Origin: Desulfobacterales bacterium
Lineage (GTDB): Bacteria; Desulfobacterota; Desulfobacteria; Desulfobacterales; UBA5852
Reading direction: 5' to 3'
Length of the DNA stretch: 64,000 nt
Assembly: GCA_963674755.2 (NCBI GenBank)
Contig: CAXXVS010000002.1
Coordinates: forward strand, 2,368,001-2,432,000
Of the stretch, positions 19,564 through 29,309 are shown piece after piece (positions within the stretch are counted from its first letter, which is position 1; the number at the start of each line of letters is the position of its first letter). Below the pieces are notes generated by a model that worked only from the letters and a program-made list of their open reading frames with translations, made no database searches and was not told the origin of the DNA. The position numbers and the translations under genes are program-made.

Positions 19564-20676
19564 TCAAATCAGGGTACCGGCATCCACGTAGTCCAGCCCG
19601 AAGGCCTCGGCCACCCCCCGGAAGGTCACCTTGCCGTCCACGATGTTCAACCCCAGCCGGATTTCCTTGTTCTCCACACTGGCCCGCTGCCAGCCCTTGT
19701 TGGCGATCTCCACCGCGTAGGGCAAGGTCGCGTTGGTCAGCGCCAGGGTTGAGGTCTTGGCCACCGCCCCGGGCATGTTGGCCACGCAGTATACCAGGAC
19801 CCCATCCTGCGTGAACACCGGGTCGGTGTGGGTCGTGGCCCGTGAACATTCGAAGCAGCCCCCCTGGTCGATGGCCACATCCACCAGCACCGCCCCCTTC
19901 TTCATGTCCTTGAGCATGTCGTTGGTCACCAAACGCGGCGCCTTGGCCCCGGGAATCAGCACCGCGCCCACCACCAGGTCGGCCTCCTTCAGAAGCGCGC
20001 GAATGGTGGCCGGGCTCGACATCAACGGAAAGCAGTTGGGCGGCATGACGTCGCTCAAATACCGCAGACGGTTGAGGCTCATATCCAGGATATACACCTT
20101 GGCCCCCAGACCGCAGGCCATCTTGGCCGCATTGGTACCCACCACGCCACCGCCGATGATCACCACCGTGGCCGGATCCACGCCCGGCACCCCGCTCAGC
20201 AAGACCCCCTGACCGCCCTGGGGCATCTCCAGGTATTTGGCCCCTTCCTGGATCGCCATACGCCCCGCCACTTCGCTCATGGGCGTCAAAAGTGGCAGGG
20301 AGCGATCCGCCTTCTGGATGGTCTCATAGGCGATGCCGATGCAACCGCTCTTGAGCATGGCATGGGTCAGTTCCTCGGCCGCCGCCAGGTGCAGATAGGT
20401 GAAGACAATCTGCCCCGGCCGGATCAGGTCGTATTCCGAGGGCAGGGGTTCCTTGACATGCATCACCATCGCGGCGCGCTCGTAAACCTCCTGGGGGGTG
20501 GCCACTATCTCGGCCCCGGCCGCCGCATAGGCATCATCGGCAAACCCGCTGCCGATGCCGGCCCCCTTTTCCACCAGCACCGCATGGCCGTTCATCTTCA
20601 TCACTTCCACACCGGCCGGCGTCATGCACACCCGGTTCTCTTCCGTCTTGATCTCTTTCAGTATCCCGACGATCAT
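19564..20676 (-). CDS. ald: Alanine dehydrogenase
   Basis: KEIKTEENRV, VKEP, FTYLHLA, PMSEVAGR, GGGVVG, VDVAIDQGG, CVANMPGAV. Confidence 0.96.
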   Translation of the reverse strand: MIVGILKEIKTEENRVCMTPAGVEVMKMNGHAVLVEKGAGIGSGFADDAYAAAGAEIVATPQEVYERAAMVMHVKEPLPSEYDLIRPGQIVFTYLHLAAAEELTHAMLKSGCIGIAYETIQKADRSLPLLTPMSEVAGRMAIQEGAKYLEMPQGGQGVLLSGVPGVDPATVVIIGGGVVGTNAAKMACGLGAKVYILDMSLNRLRYLSDVMPPNCFPLMSSPATIRALLKEADLVVGAVLIPGAKAPRLVTNDMLKDMKKGAVLVDVAIDQGGCFECSRATTHTDPVFTQDGVLVYCVANMPGAVAKTSTLALTNATLPYAVEIANKGWQRASVENKEIRLGLNIVDGKVTFRGVAEAFGLDYVDAGTLI

Positions 20677-20749
20677 GATGTCCTCCCATCAAATAGTGTT
20701 TCCGCTGTCTGGTTTTAACAGGTGTCCGGTAGGCGATCAAATCCTTTTG

Positions 20750-22144
20750 TCAAAATTTCTCAAGAGCCGCCTTGACCGCGGCCACGATACGATCGATGTC
20801 TTCCCGGGTGGCGATCAGGGCCGGCGCAAAATTCATGATGGTGTTATTGCCCGGCAGGCTGCTGTTGGTTCGCCCCACCAGGACGCCCTCCTGGGCCACC
20901 AGCCCCATGATGCGACCCATCTCCGCTTCCGAAATGGGCGTCTTGGCCGCCTTGTCTTTGACGAACTCGAGACCGGCGAACAATCCCATGCCGCGTACGT
21001 CACCCACCAGGGGCATTTCGGACAGCGTCTGGAGCTGCTCCAGCAGGTACTGCCCCATGACCCGGCTGTTCTCCACCAGGTTTTCTTCCTCGATGATGCG
21101 CGTGCTTTCCAGGGCGGCCGCCGTGGCACCGGCACACCCGCCGTACGTGCTGATGTCGCGGAAAAAATTCATGCGCTGATGCTCATCGGACGGATCGCAC
21201 AGGAATTTGGCATAGATCTCCTCTTTGACCACGGTCGCCGATAGGGGCATGTAGGAGCTGGCCAGCCCCTTGGCCATGGTAATCATCTCCGGATCCACGT
21301 CGTATTGTTCATGCCCCCAGAACTTGCCGGTGCGCCCGAAACCGCAGACCACCTCGTCCATGATCAGGTAGATGCCGTACTTACGGCAAATCGCCTGCAG
21401 GATGGGATAGTATTCCTTCACCGGCGGAATGATCCCGCCGCCGGCGACGATAGGCTCCACGATGCAGCCGCCGATGGTGTCCGGCCCTTCCTTGAGGATA
21501 ACCTCTTCGACGCAGCGGGCGCATTCGATGTTGCAATCCGGGTAGGTGCGATCAAAGGCACACCGGTAGCAGCAGGCATGAGGAAACTCTACGAACCCTT
21601 CGGCGAAGGGACCGAAATCCTGTTTGCGTTCCATCTGACCGGTGGCGCTGAGCGCCCCGATCGTCGTACCGTGATAGTCCCGGTCACGGAAGAGGATCTT
21701 GTATTTGCCCTTGCGGGAGGGATCGATGTGCGATAGCTGGCGAACGATTTTAAAGGCTTTTTCATTGGCCTCGGAACCGCTGTTGGAAAAAAAGACTTTC
21801 TGCAGGCGCGGCAGCAGTTCCACCAGTTTGGCCGCAAATTTGATGGTCGGAATATTGCCCACCGTACCGGCATAGTAGCCCAGGGCCACCAGTTGGTCAT
21901 AGACCGCCTTGGCCACGCTTTCACGCCCGTGGCCGACCATGACGCTCCAGACCCCGCCGGAAGTGGCATCCAGGTACTCGCGACCGTGGATATCCTTGAC
22001 GGTCAACCCCTGCCCTTCCACGATAATCATCTGCTCAGCGCTCTGAAATACCTTGTGGGGTTTGATGTGGTGCCAGAGAAAATCCCGGTCGCTCTGGACC
22101 ATCGCTTCCACATCGTAGGCCAACCAATTCGTCGTGGCATTCAT
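20750..22144 (-). CDS. tpa: Taurine--pyruvate aminotransferase (class III)
   Basis: NSGSEANEKAFK, RDRDYHGTT, DEVVCGFGRTG, AKGLAS, FRDISTYGG; clustered with ald and xsc. Confidence 0.85.
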   Translation of the reverse strand: MNATTNWLAYDVEAMVQSDRDFLWHHIKPHKVFQSAEQMIIVEGQGLTVKDIHGREYLDATSGGVWSVMVGHGRESVAKAVYDQLVALGYYAGTVGNIPTIKFAAKLVELLPRLQKVFFSNSGSEANEKAFKIVRQLSHIDPSRKGKYKILFRDRDYHGTTIGALSATGQMERKQDFGPFAEGFVEFPHACCYRCAFDRTYPDCNIECARCVEEVILKEGPDTIGGCIVEPIVAGGGIIPPVKEYYPILQAICRKYGIYLIMDEVVCGFGRTGKFWGHEQYDVDPEMITMAKGLASSYMPLSATVVKEEIYAKFLCDPSDEHQRMNFFRDISTYGGCAGATAAALESTRIIEEENLVENSRVMGQYLLEQLQTLSEMPLVGDVRGMGLFAGLEFVKDKAAKTPISEAEMGRIMGLVAQEGVLVGRTNSSLPGNNTIMNFAPALIATREDIDRIVAAVKAALEKF

Positions 22145-22178
22145 TGTTCAACGCCTCCTTCTTAGTTAGACGACAATG

Positions 22179-22201
22179 AATTGATATCTGATATATCAAT
22201 T
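22179..22201. promoter_or_regulatory. Candidate GntR operator upstream of tpa
   Basis: AATTGATAT-ctgat-ATATCAATT perfect 9-bp inverted repeat containing TCTGATATATCA. Confidence 0.6.
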
Positions 22202-22262
22202 TTAAAAGAAAAAAAGATCTACCATTCTTCTGTCATATATATTCCGGTCTTTAAAAAACCTG

Positions 22263-23036
22263 CTAAAGAACAAGCTCGGAAGCGTCGGTAATGGTCTGGC
22301 GCAATTTAAGGAAGTCCATATCGGTGTGCTCCCGGGGACGGGGCAGATCGATGGGGTAGACGGCATCCATGACACCGGGCAGTTTGTTCTTGAGGGTGAC
22401 GATGCGGTCCCCCAGATAGATGGCTTCGTCGATATTGTTGGTGACGAAAATGACGGTGCGCTTGTCGGTCTGCCAGATGCGCTCGATCTCCTTTTCCATG
22501 AAGATCCTGGTCTGGGCGTCGAGCTGGCCGTAAGGTTCGTCGAGCAGCATGACCTCCGGGTTGTTGGCAAAGGCACGGGCGATGCCGACGCGTTGTTTCA
22601 TGCCGCCGCTCAACTGGTGGGGAAAATGTTTTTCGAATCCCTTGAGGCCCACCAGATCGATATAGTGCTGGGCGATCTTGCGACGCTCCTCTTTGCCCAC
22701 GCCCCGTAGCTTGGGTCCCATTTCCACATTGCCGATGACGGTGCGCCAGGCAAAGAGCATGTAGGTTTGAAACACCAGGCCCCTGTCAGGGCCGGGTTTT
22801 TTGATGACTGCGCCGTCCAGCCGCACCTCGCCTTCGCTGGGCGTTTCCAGACCGGCGATGATGCGCAAGAGCGTACTTTTGCCGCACTGACCGGGCCCCA
22901 GAATGACCAGGAACTCATTGTCCCGGACCTCCAGATTGATGTCCTCCAGCACGTGCACCCGCTGGGTGCCTTTCTGGATGAAGGTTTTGCTGATATGCTG
23001 GCAGATAATTTTGGGTTTGCTGCTTTGTTCGGCCAC
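22263..23036 (-). CDS. ABC transporter ATP-binding protein (TauB/NitT type)
   Basis: GPGQCGKST, LSGGMKQR, LLDEPYGQLD; H-switch reads VTNN. Confidence 0.9.
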   Translation of the reverse strand: MAEQSSKPKIICQHISKTFIQKGTQRVHVLEDINLEVRDNEFLVILGPGQCGKSTLLRIIAGLETPSEGEVRLDGAVIKKPGPDRGLVFQTYMLFAWRTVIGNVEMGPKLRGVGKEERRKIAQHYIDLVGLKGFEKHFPHQLSGGMKQRVGIARAFANNPEVMLLDEPYGQLDAQTRIFMEKEIERIWQTDKRTVIFVTNNIDEAIYLGDRIVTLKNKLPGVMDAVYPIDLPRPREHTDMDFLKLRQTITDASELVL

Positions 23037-23111
23037 CGCTAATCCTTCCCTGCACTTTAGTCCTGGTCGTTGTTACCGCTGCCGGACATGCTGCCCGGCC
23101 CCCTGCCCCTG

Positions 23112-23957
23112 CTAAAGATCCCGAATGGAGCGCCGCCATGGACAAAGAAGTTTTTCCAGGCCCGCGATGGCCAGGCTCGTTCCCCAGGCCACGATGGCGA
23201 TGATGGCCATCCCCCCCAGCACCAGCTCGGGTTTGGTCAGTTTCATGCCGCGGATGATGATCCATCCCATGCCGGAACGGGCGCTGACCAATTCGGCGGC
23301 CAGCACGCAGGTCCAGGCGATGCTCAGCGAGATCTGCAACCCAGCAAAGAGCGCCGGAAGGGCGGCCGGAAAACTCACCTGAAAAATTTCATGCCAACGA
23401 TTGCCCCCCAGCACACGGACGACATCGTAAAGCTCTTCATCGATAATGCGGATGCCGTTGTAAGCGTTGAGCAGACAGGGCACAAGGGAGCCGATGAAGA
23501 TGATGAAGACTTTGGAGGGCTCGCCGATACCGAACCAGAGAATGGCAATCGAGATCCAGGCAATGGGCGGCATGGGTTTGAACAGGTCGAAGACCGGCTT
23601 GACGAAGGCATTCACATAACGATTGAGCGCCATGAAAAGCCCCAGCGGCACCCCGATGAGCGCGCCCAGGGAAAATCCGATCAGGATGCGGTGGGCGCTC
23701 GCCCAAATATGCCCCCACAGGGTTTTGCCCGCCAGCTTGAGGTGGGTCATGCGGATCAACTCCAGGACGACCTCGTAAGGCGTCGCCAAGGATTTACCGA
23801 GCAGCTTGGTTGCCGCCACATAGTGCCAGATCGAAAAAAAAGCCACCAGGGAGACGCCGTAAAGAAAGTACTCGTTGGTGATCAAGCGCATGATGCTGAA
23901 GGGCTTGCGTTCCTTGGTCTGAACAATGATTTCGTTCGCTACCGATCTGTCAACCAC
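23112..23957 (-). CDS. ABC transporter permease (TauC/SsuC type)
   Basis: PMPPIAW..WFGIGE.SK, WTCVLAAEL; GTG start after AGGAGG. Confidence 0.9.
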   Translation of the reverse strand: MVDRSVANEIIVQTKERKPFSIMRLITNEYFLYGVSLVAFFSIWHYVAATKLLGKSLATPYEVVLELIRMTHLKLAGKTLWGHIWASAHRILIGFSLGALIGVPLGLFMALNRYVNAFVKPVFDLFKPMPPIAWISIAILWFGIGEPSKVFIIFIGSLVPCLLNAYNGIRIIDEELYDVVRVLGGNRWHEIFQVSFPAALPALFAGLQISLSIAWTCVLAAELVSARSGMGWIIIRGMKLTKPELVLGGMAIIAIVAWGTSLAIAGLEKLLCPWRRSIRDL

Positions 23958-23962
23958 GGGGC

Positions 23963-24757
23963 TTACCTCCTGATCCACGCTAAAAGGCGTCTTTCCGCCA
24001 TATCCACAAAAACGCCGATGAGGGCGCCGCCGAGACCGACGGTCACCATACCCAGCACCACCATATCCGGCAGGGCCAGCCGCCGGCCCATGCTGATGAG
24101 ATAACCGAGGCCCTGATCGGCCGCCAGCAGTTCCGCACCCACCAGGTTGGTCCAGCAATAGGCCAGAGCGATCTGCAGGGCCCCGAACACCATGGGCAGG
24201 GCCGACGGGATGCAGATCTGGGTGAAAATCTGCCAGTCGCTGGCCCCGTACGTACGCGCCATTTGGATAAAGGTGGGGTTGGTCATGCTCACGCCAACCC
24301 AGGAATTGATGACGAAGGGCACGATACCGGCAATCCAAATGATGAAAACTTTGCCCCAGATGCCGATGCCGAACCAGAAAATGCACAGGGGAATCCATGC
24401 AATGGGGGGAATCGGGCGAATAATCTCGAAAACAGGTCGGGCCAGACCGCGGACCACGGTGAACCACCCCATGGCAAGCCCCAGGGGGACTCCCATCACC
24501 AGCGCCAGAAGATAGGCGGTGACGGCCTCTTTGGCACTAACCCAGGCGTGGACCGCCAATATGGCACCATCCGGATTCGGATCGGTCAGCTTGACAAAAA
24601 ACAGCTTGATCACCTGGATCGGACTGGCCAGCATGGTGGACGGAACGATATCCGTGGCCACGAGCAACTGCCAGCCCAGGAAAAAGAGGGCCAAACTGGA
24701 GAGGGAGAGAACCCTCAGGATGATCGGTGTCTGGGCCTTTACCTGTTCATAGGCCAT
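23963..24757 (-). CDS. ABC transporter permease (TauC/SsuC type)
   Basis: RPIPPIAWIP..WFGIG, ARTYGAS, WTNLVGAEL..GLGYLI. Confidence 0.9.
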   Translation of the reverse strand: MAYEQVKAQTPIILRVLSLSSLALFFLGWQLLVATDIVPSTMLASPIQVIKLFFVKLTDPNPDGAILAVHAWVSAKEAVTAYLLALVMGVPLGLAMGWFTVVRGLARPVFEIIRPIPPIAWIPLCIFWFGIGIWGKVFIIWIAGIVPFVINSWVGVSMTNPTFIQMARTYGASDWQIFTQICIPSALPMVFGALQIALAYCWTNLVGAELLAADQGLGYLISMGRRLALPDMVVLGMVTVGLGGALIGVFVDMAERRLLAWIRR

Positions 24758-24986
24758 TTCGGACCTCACTCTCTGGGTTGAACCGGGCGGGACCGTCCAG
24801 CGAAGGGATCCTTCACCGACGCGTCCGCTTGCCGCAACAAGGTTACAGTCTGCTCCAAGGCTGGGGACCGCCGTTGGTGGCACTCGCCATCATGGTGCTT
24901 ACCGGGGTCCCCGCGCTTCGCATGCCATCGCTATCCGGCCGGATGCGGCGCAACGGCCGCGCCCGGCCGGACCCGGGGGCCTATGG

Positions 24987-26075
24987 TTACTTATAGCTGG
25001 GGATGGGGGTTTTCACCATCTTCAGGTATTTGTCAGTGATCCAATCGCCCTTGGACACCTTGTCCAGCTCTTCCTTGGTGATGCGGCCGTTGGCATACAG
25101 CAGCAACTCGGCAATGGTGCGTTCCCAGCGCTGAACGGTGCTTTCGCCGTTGGAGGTATCGAACAGTTTCAACTGCTCTTCCAGGGTCCAGACCGGATGC
25201 ATTTCGATGTCCTTCTTGGCCTGCTCATAAGAGTACTCCATGCCGGCCCATTCCTGATACATGCGCTGAAAGAGTTTGATGTTCTCGTCGGTAGCGCCTT
25301 CCTCCTTGAGCTTGTTGATGCCCCGGAACATGATCCGCAGGAATTTGGCCACCACCTCCGGATTCTTTTCACAGTACTCTTTGTCGCCCACGAAGGTGAT
25401 GGGCAGGGCGGCGCCGGCCTTGGCGACGTTGGAGACTTCGATCCAGCCGTTGGACTCGGCCTGATAGCTGTAGGGTGCCCACAGGCAGGCAAAATCGCCG
25501 ATGCCGGATTCGAAAGCCGCCATGATGGAGGCCTGGTCCATCTGTTTCACGACCACATCGCTGTCCTTCAGGCCCAGCGCATTGAGGTAGGTGCTCATGG
25601 CAAAGTGGGCCGATGAGGCCGTCGTCACCAGAAAGGTCTTGCCCTTGACCTCTTCAGCTGTGCCGTAGATTTCCGGATAGTCGGGATAGGCCCCTTTGGT
25701 TTTGACAAAAGCGCTGTCGGGCCGCGCAAACACCGTGTTGAGATAAGACTCGTTGTTGCCGAGTCCGATCAGGGGCGCACCGTAGCGCAGGGCCCCCAGG
25801 ACATGGGGCACGCCGCCCGTAGCACCCAAAACCCACTGTTTGGCAGGCAGGGCTTCGAGTTCCTGCATGCCGCTTTCAAAGTAGAGCAGCTCCAGATCGA
25901 GCCCCTCTTCCTTGTCCCAGCCCTTCTCTTTGGCGTACCAGGCGAAGAAGAGTTCATGCTCCGGCATCCAGCAGGTGGGCACTTTGATCAAATCTTTGGC
26001 CATCACCATGCCGGCGCCTGCTAAAATGAATACAACGGTCAAAACCAGGGCCACTACGCTGACATAACGTTTCAT
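24987..26075 (-). CDS. ABC transporter substrate-binding protein (TauA/SsuA/NMT1-like)
   Basis: Signal peptide, FESG, LWAP motifs; RBS AGGAGG; sits within the ABC gene set. Confidence 0.85.
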   Translation of the reverse strand: MKRYVSVVALVLTVVFILAGAGMVMAKDLIKVPTCWMPEHELFFAWYAKEKGWDKEEGLDLELLYFESGMQELEALPAKQWVLGATGGVPHVLGALRYGAPLIGLGNNESYLNTVFARPDSAFVKTKGAYPDYPEIYGTAEEVKGKTFLVTTASSAHFAMSTYLNALGLKDSDVVVKQMDQASIMAAFESGIGDFACLWAPYSYQAESNGWIEVSNVAKAGAALPITFVGDKEYCEKNPEVVAKFLRIMFRGINKLKEEGATDENIKLFQRMYQEWAGMEYSYEQAKKDIEMHPVWTLEEQLKLFDTSNGESTVQRWERTIAELLLYANGRITKEELDKVSKGDWITDKYLKMVKTPIPSYK

Positions 26076-26231
26076 GCGTCTCCTCCTTGTTTATCCTAAG
26101 ACAGTTGGAATTCCTGCAACGGTCTGCGCCTCCTAAATACCTCTCCCGCGATGCCGGTTAAGTGCTGCGCGTCCTCCTTTCTGATCCAGCGATTTGGATG
26201 CCCGCCTGACCCCCCTTATCCGCCGGGTCCG

Positions 26232-26987
26232 CTACCACCACCGGATCAAATCCGTCACCCGTTTGCGTATGGCAACGAAGTCGGGATCGATCAGGTTCCG
26301 CGGTCGTGGGAGATCCACGGTGATTTCTTCTTTGATATTTGTGGGCTTGTTGCTGAGTACGAGGATCCGCTCGGCCACGTAAACGGCCTCCTCAATATTG
26401 TGGGTCACAAAAATGACCGTGCTCCCCAGGGTTTCCCAGAGTTTGACCAATTCATCTTCCAGGTAGAACCGCAGCTTGACATCCAGTTGGCCGTAAGGCT
26501 CGTCCATCAGCAGCAAATCGGGATTCACGGCAAAGGCCCGGGCTACGGTGATGCGCTGCACCATGCTGGCGGAGACCTGATTCGGATAGAGATCCGCCGT
26601 ATCCTTCAGACCCACCAGCTTGAGCATGTATTCCACTCGCTCTTCGATTTGGCCTTTGGGATAACGCTTGACCTCCATGCCGTAGGCGACATTTTCCTTG
26701 ACGGTGCGCCAGGGAAGGCAGGTGGGCTCCTGGAAGACAAAGGAAATGTTGTGGCGCTTCGGGTCGGCGACCTCGCCGTCGATGAAGATATTGCCGTCGG
26801 AAGTGGGCATGAGCTTGGAGAGGCAGTTGAGGAATGTGGTCTTGCCGCATCCCGTCGGACCGACGATGGCCAGGAACTCTCCCTTTTTAACATTGAAATT
26901 GATGTCGTCCAGCACCACGAGATCGCCGAACTTCTTGGTCAGATGCTTGACTTCGATTTTAACGCTGCGTCCGTCTTGATTTCCCAC
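26232..26987 (-). CDS. Second ABC transporter ATP-binding protein (TauB/NitT type)
   Basis: GPTGCGKTT, degenerate signature VSASMVQR, LMDEPYGQLD, VTHNIEEA. Confidence 0.88.
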   Translation of the reverse strand: MGNQDGRSVKIEVKHLTKKFGDLVVLDDINFNVKKGEFLAIVGPTGCGKTTFLNCLSKLMPTSDGNIFIDGEVADPKRHNISFVFQEPTCLPWRTVKENVAYGMEVKRYPKGQIEERVEYMLKLVGLKDTADLYPNQVSASMVQRITVARAFAVNPDLLLMDEPYGQLDVKLRFYLEDELVKLWETLGSTVIFVTHNIEEAVYVAERILVLSNKPTNIKEEITVDLPRPRNLIDPDFVAIRKRVTDLIRWW

Positions 26988-27040
26988 GTGTCCCCCGTCG
27001 AACCTCATGTTTGTGATGAAAGGCCGCCACCGGATTCCGG

Positions 27041-27526
27041 TTAGGCTGTCTTTCCGTTGTGCACCATGAGCACCGAACATGGTGCATGGTGCACGACATG
27101 GTGGGTCACACTTCCCAGAAGACGATCCGCGAATTCCCCCCGGCGCGTCAGGCCAAGGACGATCACATCCGCCCCCCAGTGCGCGGCCGCCCGGCAAATC
27201 TCCGGTCCGGCTTTGCCGACTTCCGCCACCACTTCGACTTCCTGGCCCTGCTGCCGGGCCGTATGGGCCAGGCTTTCGAGCCAGGCCCGGCTGTGGTCCA
27301 GCTCTGTTCCCTGGAAACGGTCGCGGGCGGACAGGGACGAAGATGAATCCAACCCGTCCATAGCGGCTACCCGATCGTCCAACTCGGCGGCGGTGGAGGG
27401 TTTCAGGCATCCCAGGATCATCAGCCGTCCTCTCTGCTCGGCCACAAGGCCCAGCGCCCGTTCAAAGATCTGCGTCTGGCCTTCACCGGCCGGGTTAACC
27501 GCGACCAGCACCTTGCGAAAATGCAT
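27041..27526 (-). CDS. Universal stress protein (UspA family)
   Basis: FRKVLVAV, ADVIVLG, LLGSVTHHVVHHAPCSVLMV. Confidence 0.9.
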   Translation of the reverse strand: MHFRKVLVAVNPAGEGQTQIFERALGLVAEQRGRLMILGCLKPSTAAELDDRVAAMDGLDSSSSLSARDRFQGTELDHSRAWLESLAHTARQQGQEVEVVAEVGKAGPEICRAAAHWGADVIVLGLTRRGEFADRLLGSVTHHVVHHAPCSVLMVHNGKTA

Positions 27527-27611
27527 CGTTCTTCTACCTCCCGTCAGATAACGCGCGCCGTTTTGAGTAAACACGGTGTGCCCCGATCACCGCCCGCACC
27601 GCCCTGGGAAT

Positions 27612-29156
27612 CTATGAGGCGACGCAACTCCTAACCTTCGGCTGGCCACTCTGCGGCGTCGGCAGGCCTCCCTTGTCCGCGGCAAGATAGCGGCCGCTGG
27701 GGGGGGCATAACGAATCGTGGCGACCTTGTTCTGGGTGAAGAAGTCAATGCCGTCCTTGCCCTGGACTTTATCCGTACCCAGATGGGAGTCCTTGATCCC
27801 CCCGAAAGGCAGATAGGGATGCGGCGCACAGATACCCACATTGACCCCCACCATGCCAACGTCGGCCTCGGAGATGAATTGCTCCGTATAATACTGATTC
27901 TGGGTGAAAATGCAGGCCCCATTGCCGAACTCCTGGGCTCGGATCAATTGCAGGGCATCGTCCAGGCCGCTTATTTTGACCACGGAGACCACCGGGCCGA
28001 AGATTTCCTCCTTGGCGATCTGCATGCAAGGGGTTACATCGGTAAAAATCGTCGGCCCGACATAATAGCCGTCAGGGTCTTTGACGTCAGGACGGCGTCC
28101 GTCCAGAAGCAACTTGGCACCGCCCTTCAGACCGATTTCAATGTAGTCCTCGATGCGCTTCTTGGCAGCTGCCGAAATGACCGGGCCCATGTAGACTTCC
28201 GGGTCCATGGCATTGCCGACCTTCACCGTTTGGGAAACCGCCAGCATCTTCTCGACGAAGCTGTCATAGATTTCCGGCACCAGCGCTACGATGGAGCCGG
28301 CCAGGCAGCGCTGCCCCGCCGAACCGTAGCAGGAGTGCAGGAAATTATCGATAAAGATGTCGGGATCGGCATCTTCCATAGCCACCAGGTAGTTTTTGGC
28401 GCCTCCCAGCAGCATGGTGCGCTTCCCGCCCCGCCCGCAGCCTTCGGCAATCTTCTTTGCGGTCGGTGTCGATCCCACCAGGCAGACACCGGAAATTTTG
28501 GGATTTTCATACCAGGATTCAGGTACGCTGCGGTTGCCGTGAATGATATTGACAACCCCCTTGGGCAGGCCGATATCGTTGAAGATCTCACCGATGCCCT
28601 GCATGAAAAGCGGTGACTGGGTTGACGGCTTGAAGATAAAGGTATTGCCGACCCCGATGGCGTAGGGGACGAACCAGCCGAAGACAAGGGCCGGGAAATT
28701 GAAGGGCGCCACTCCGCCGAACACCCCCAGAGGTTGTTTGATGACCCGGCCGTTGATGTTGCCGGCAATGCCCTCCAGGGTTTCCCCCTGGATCAGGGTG
28801 GGGATGCTGCAAGCCGCTTCCAGGATCTGCACCACCCGCAAAACTTCCCCCCGGGCTTCGCTGATGTGTTTGGCCTGGTCGACGGCGATGGCTACGGCCA
28901 GCTCTTCCTGTCGATCCAGCATGGCCTGGCGCATATCGAAAAGATACCCCACGCGCTTGCCGACGTTAGCCCGTCGCCACCCCTCGTAGGCGGCATGGGC
29001 GGATTCCACGGCGGCGGCCGATGTTTCCGGCGTCGAAAGCGGCACCTCACCGATGACCTCCCCCGTGGAAGGGTTGTAAAGGGGTACGTAGCTCGCCGCT
29101 GTATCTTCAACCCATTGACCATCTATAAAATTCTTAATGCGGGTGAAATCTGCCAT
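27612..29156 (-). CDS. CoA-acylating aldehyde dehydrogenase, methylmalonate/malonate-semialdehyde dehydrogenase family
   Basis: APFNFPA, GGAKNY, GSAGQRCLA, EEIFGPV, GNGACIFT, GMVGVNVG, PFGG.K.S. Confidence 0.85.
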   Translation of the reverse strand: MADFTRIKNFIDGQWVEDTAASYVPLYNPSTGEVIGEVPLSTPETSAAAVESAHAAYEGWRRANVGKRVGYLFDMRQAMLDRQEELAVAIAVDQAKHISEARGEVLRVVQILEAACSIPTLIQGETLEGIAGNINGRVIKQPLGVFGGVAPFNFPALVFGWFVPYAIGVGNTFIFKPSTQSPLFMQGIGEIFNDIGLPKGVVNIIHGNRSVPESWYENPKISGVCLVGSTPTAKKIAEGCGRGGKRTMLLGGAKNYLVAMEDADPDIFIDNFLHSCYGSAGQRCLAGSIVALVPEIYDSFVEKMLAVSQTVKVGNAMDPEVYMGPVISAAAKKRIEDYIEIGLKGGAKLLLDGRRPDVKDPDGYYVGPTIFTDVTPCMQIAKEEIFGPVVSVVKISGLDDALQLIRAQEFGNGACIFTQNQYYTEQFISEADVGMVGVNVGICAPHPYLPFGGIKDSHLGTDKVQGKDGIDFFTQNKVATIRYAPPSGRYLAADKGGLPTPQSGQPKVRSCVAS

Positions 29157-29309
29157 GGTATTCTCCTGCGCTTGCGTCTCGCGTATGAAAGCTGTTTTCT
29201 CCGCCGGCGAACGCCTCCCGGCGGATCTCCCCATCTCATCCGCGAAGGGGAGAACGCTGCCGGCGATCCTCCCCGTTCCGCGGTGTGTCATTCAGGTCGG
29301 CCTAGTTGC

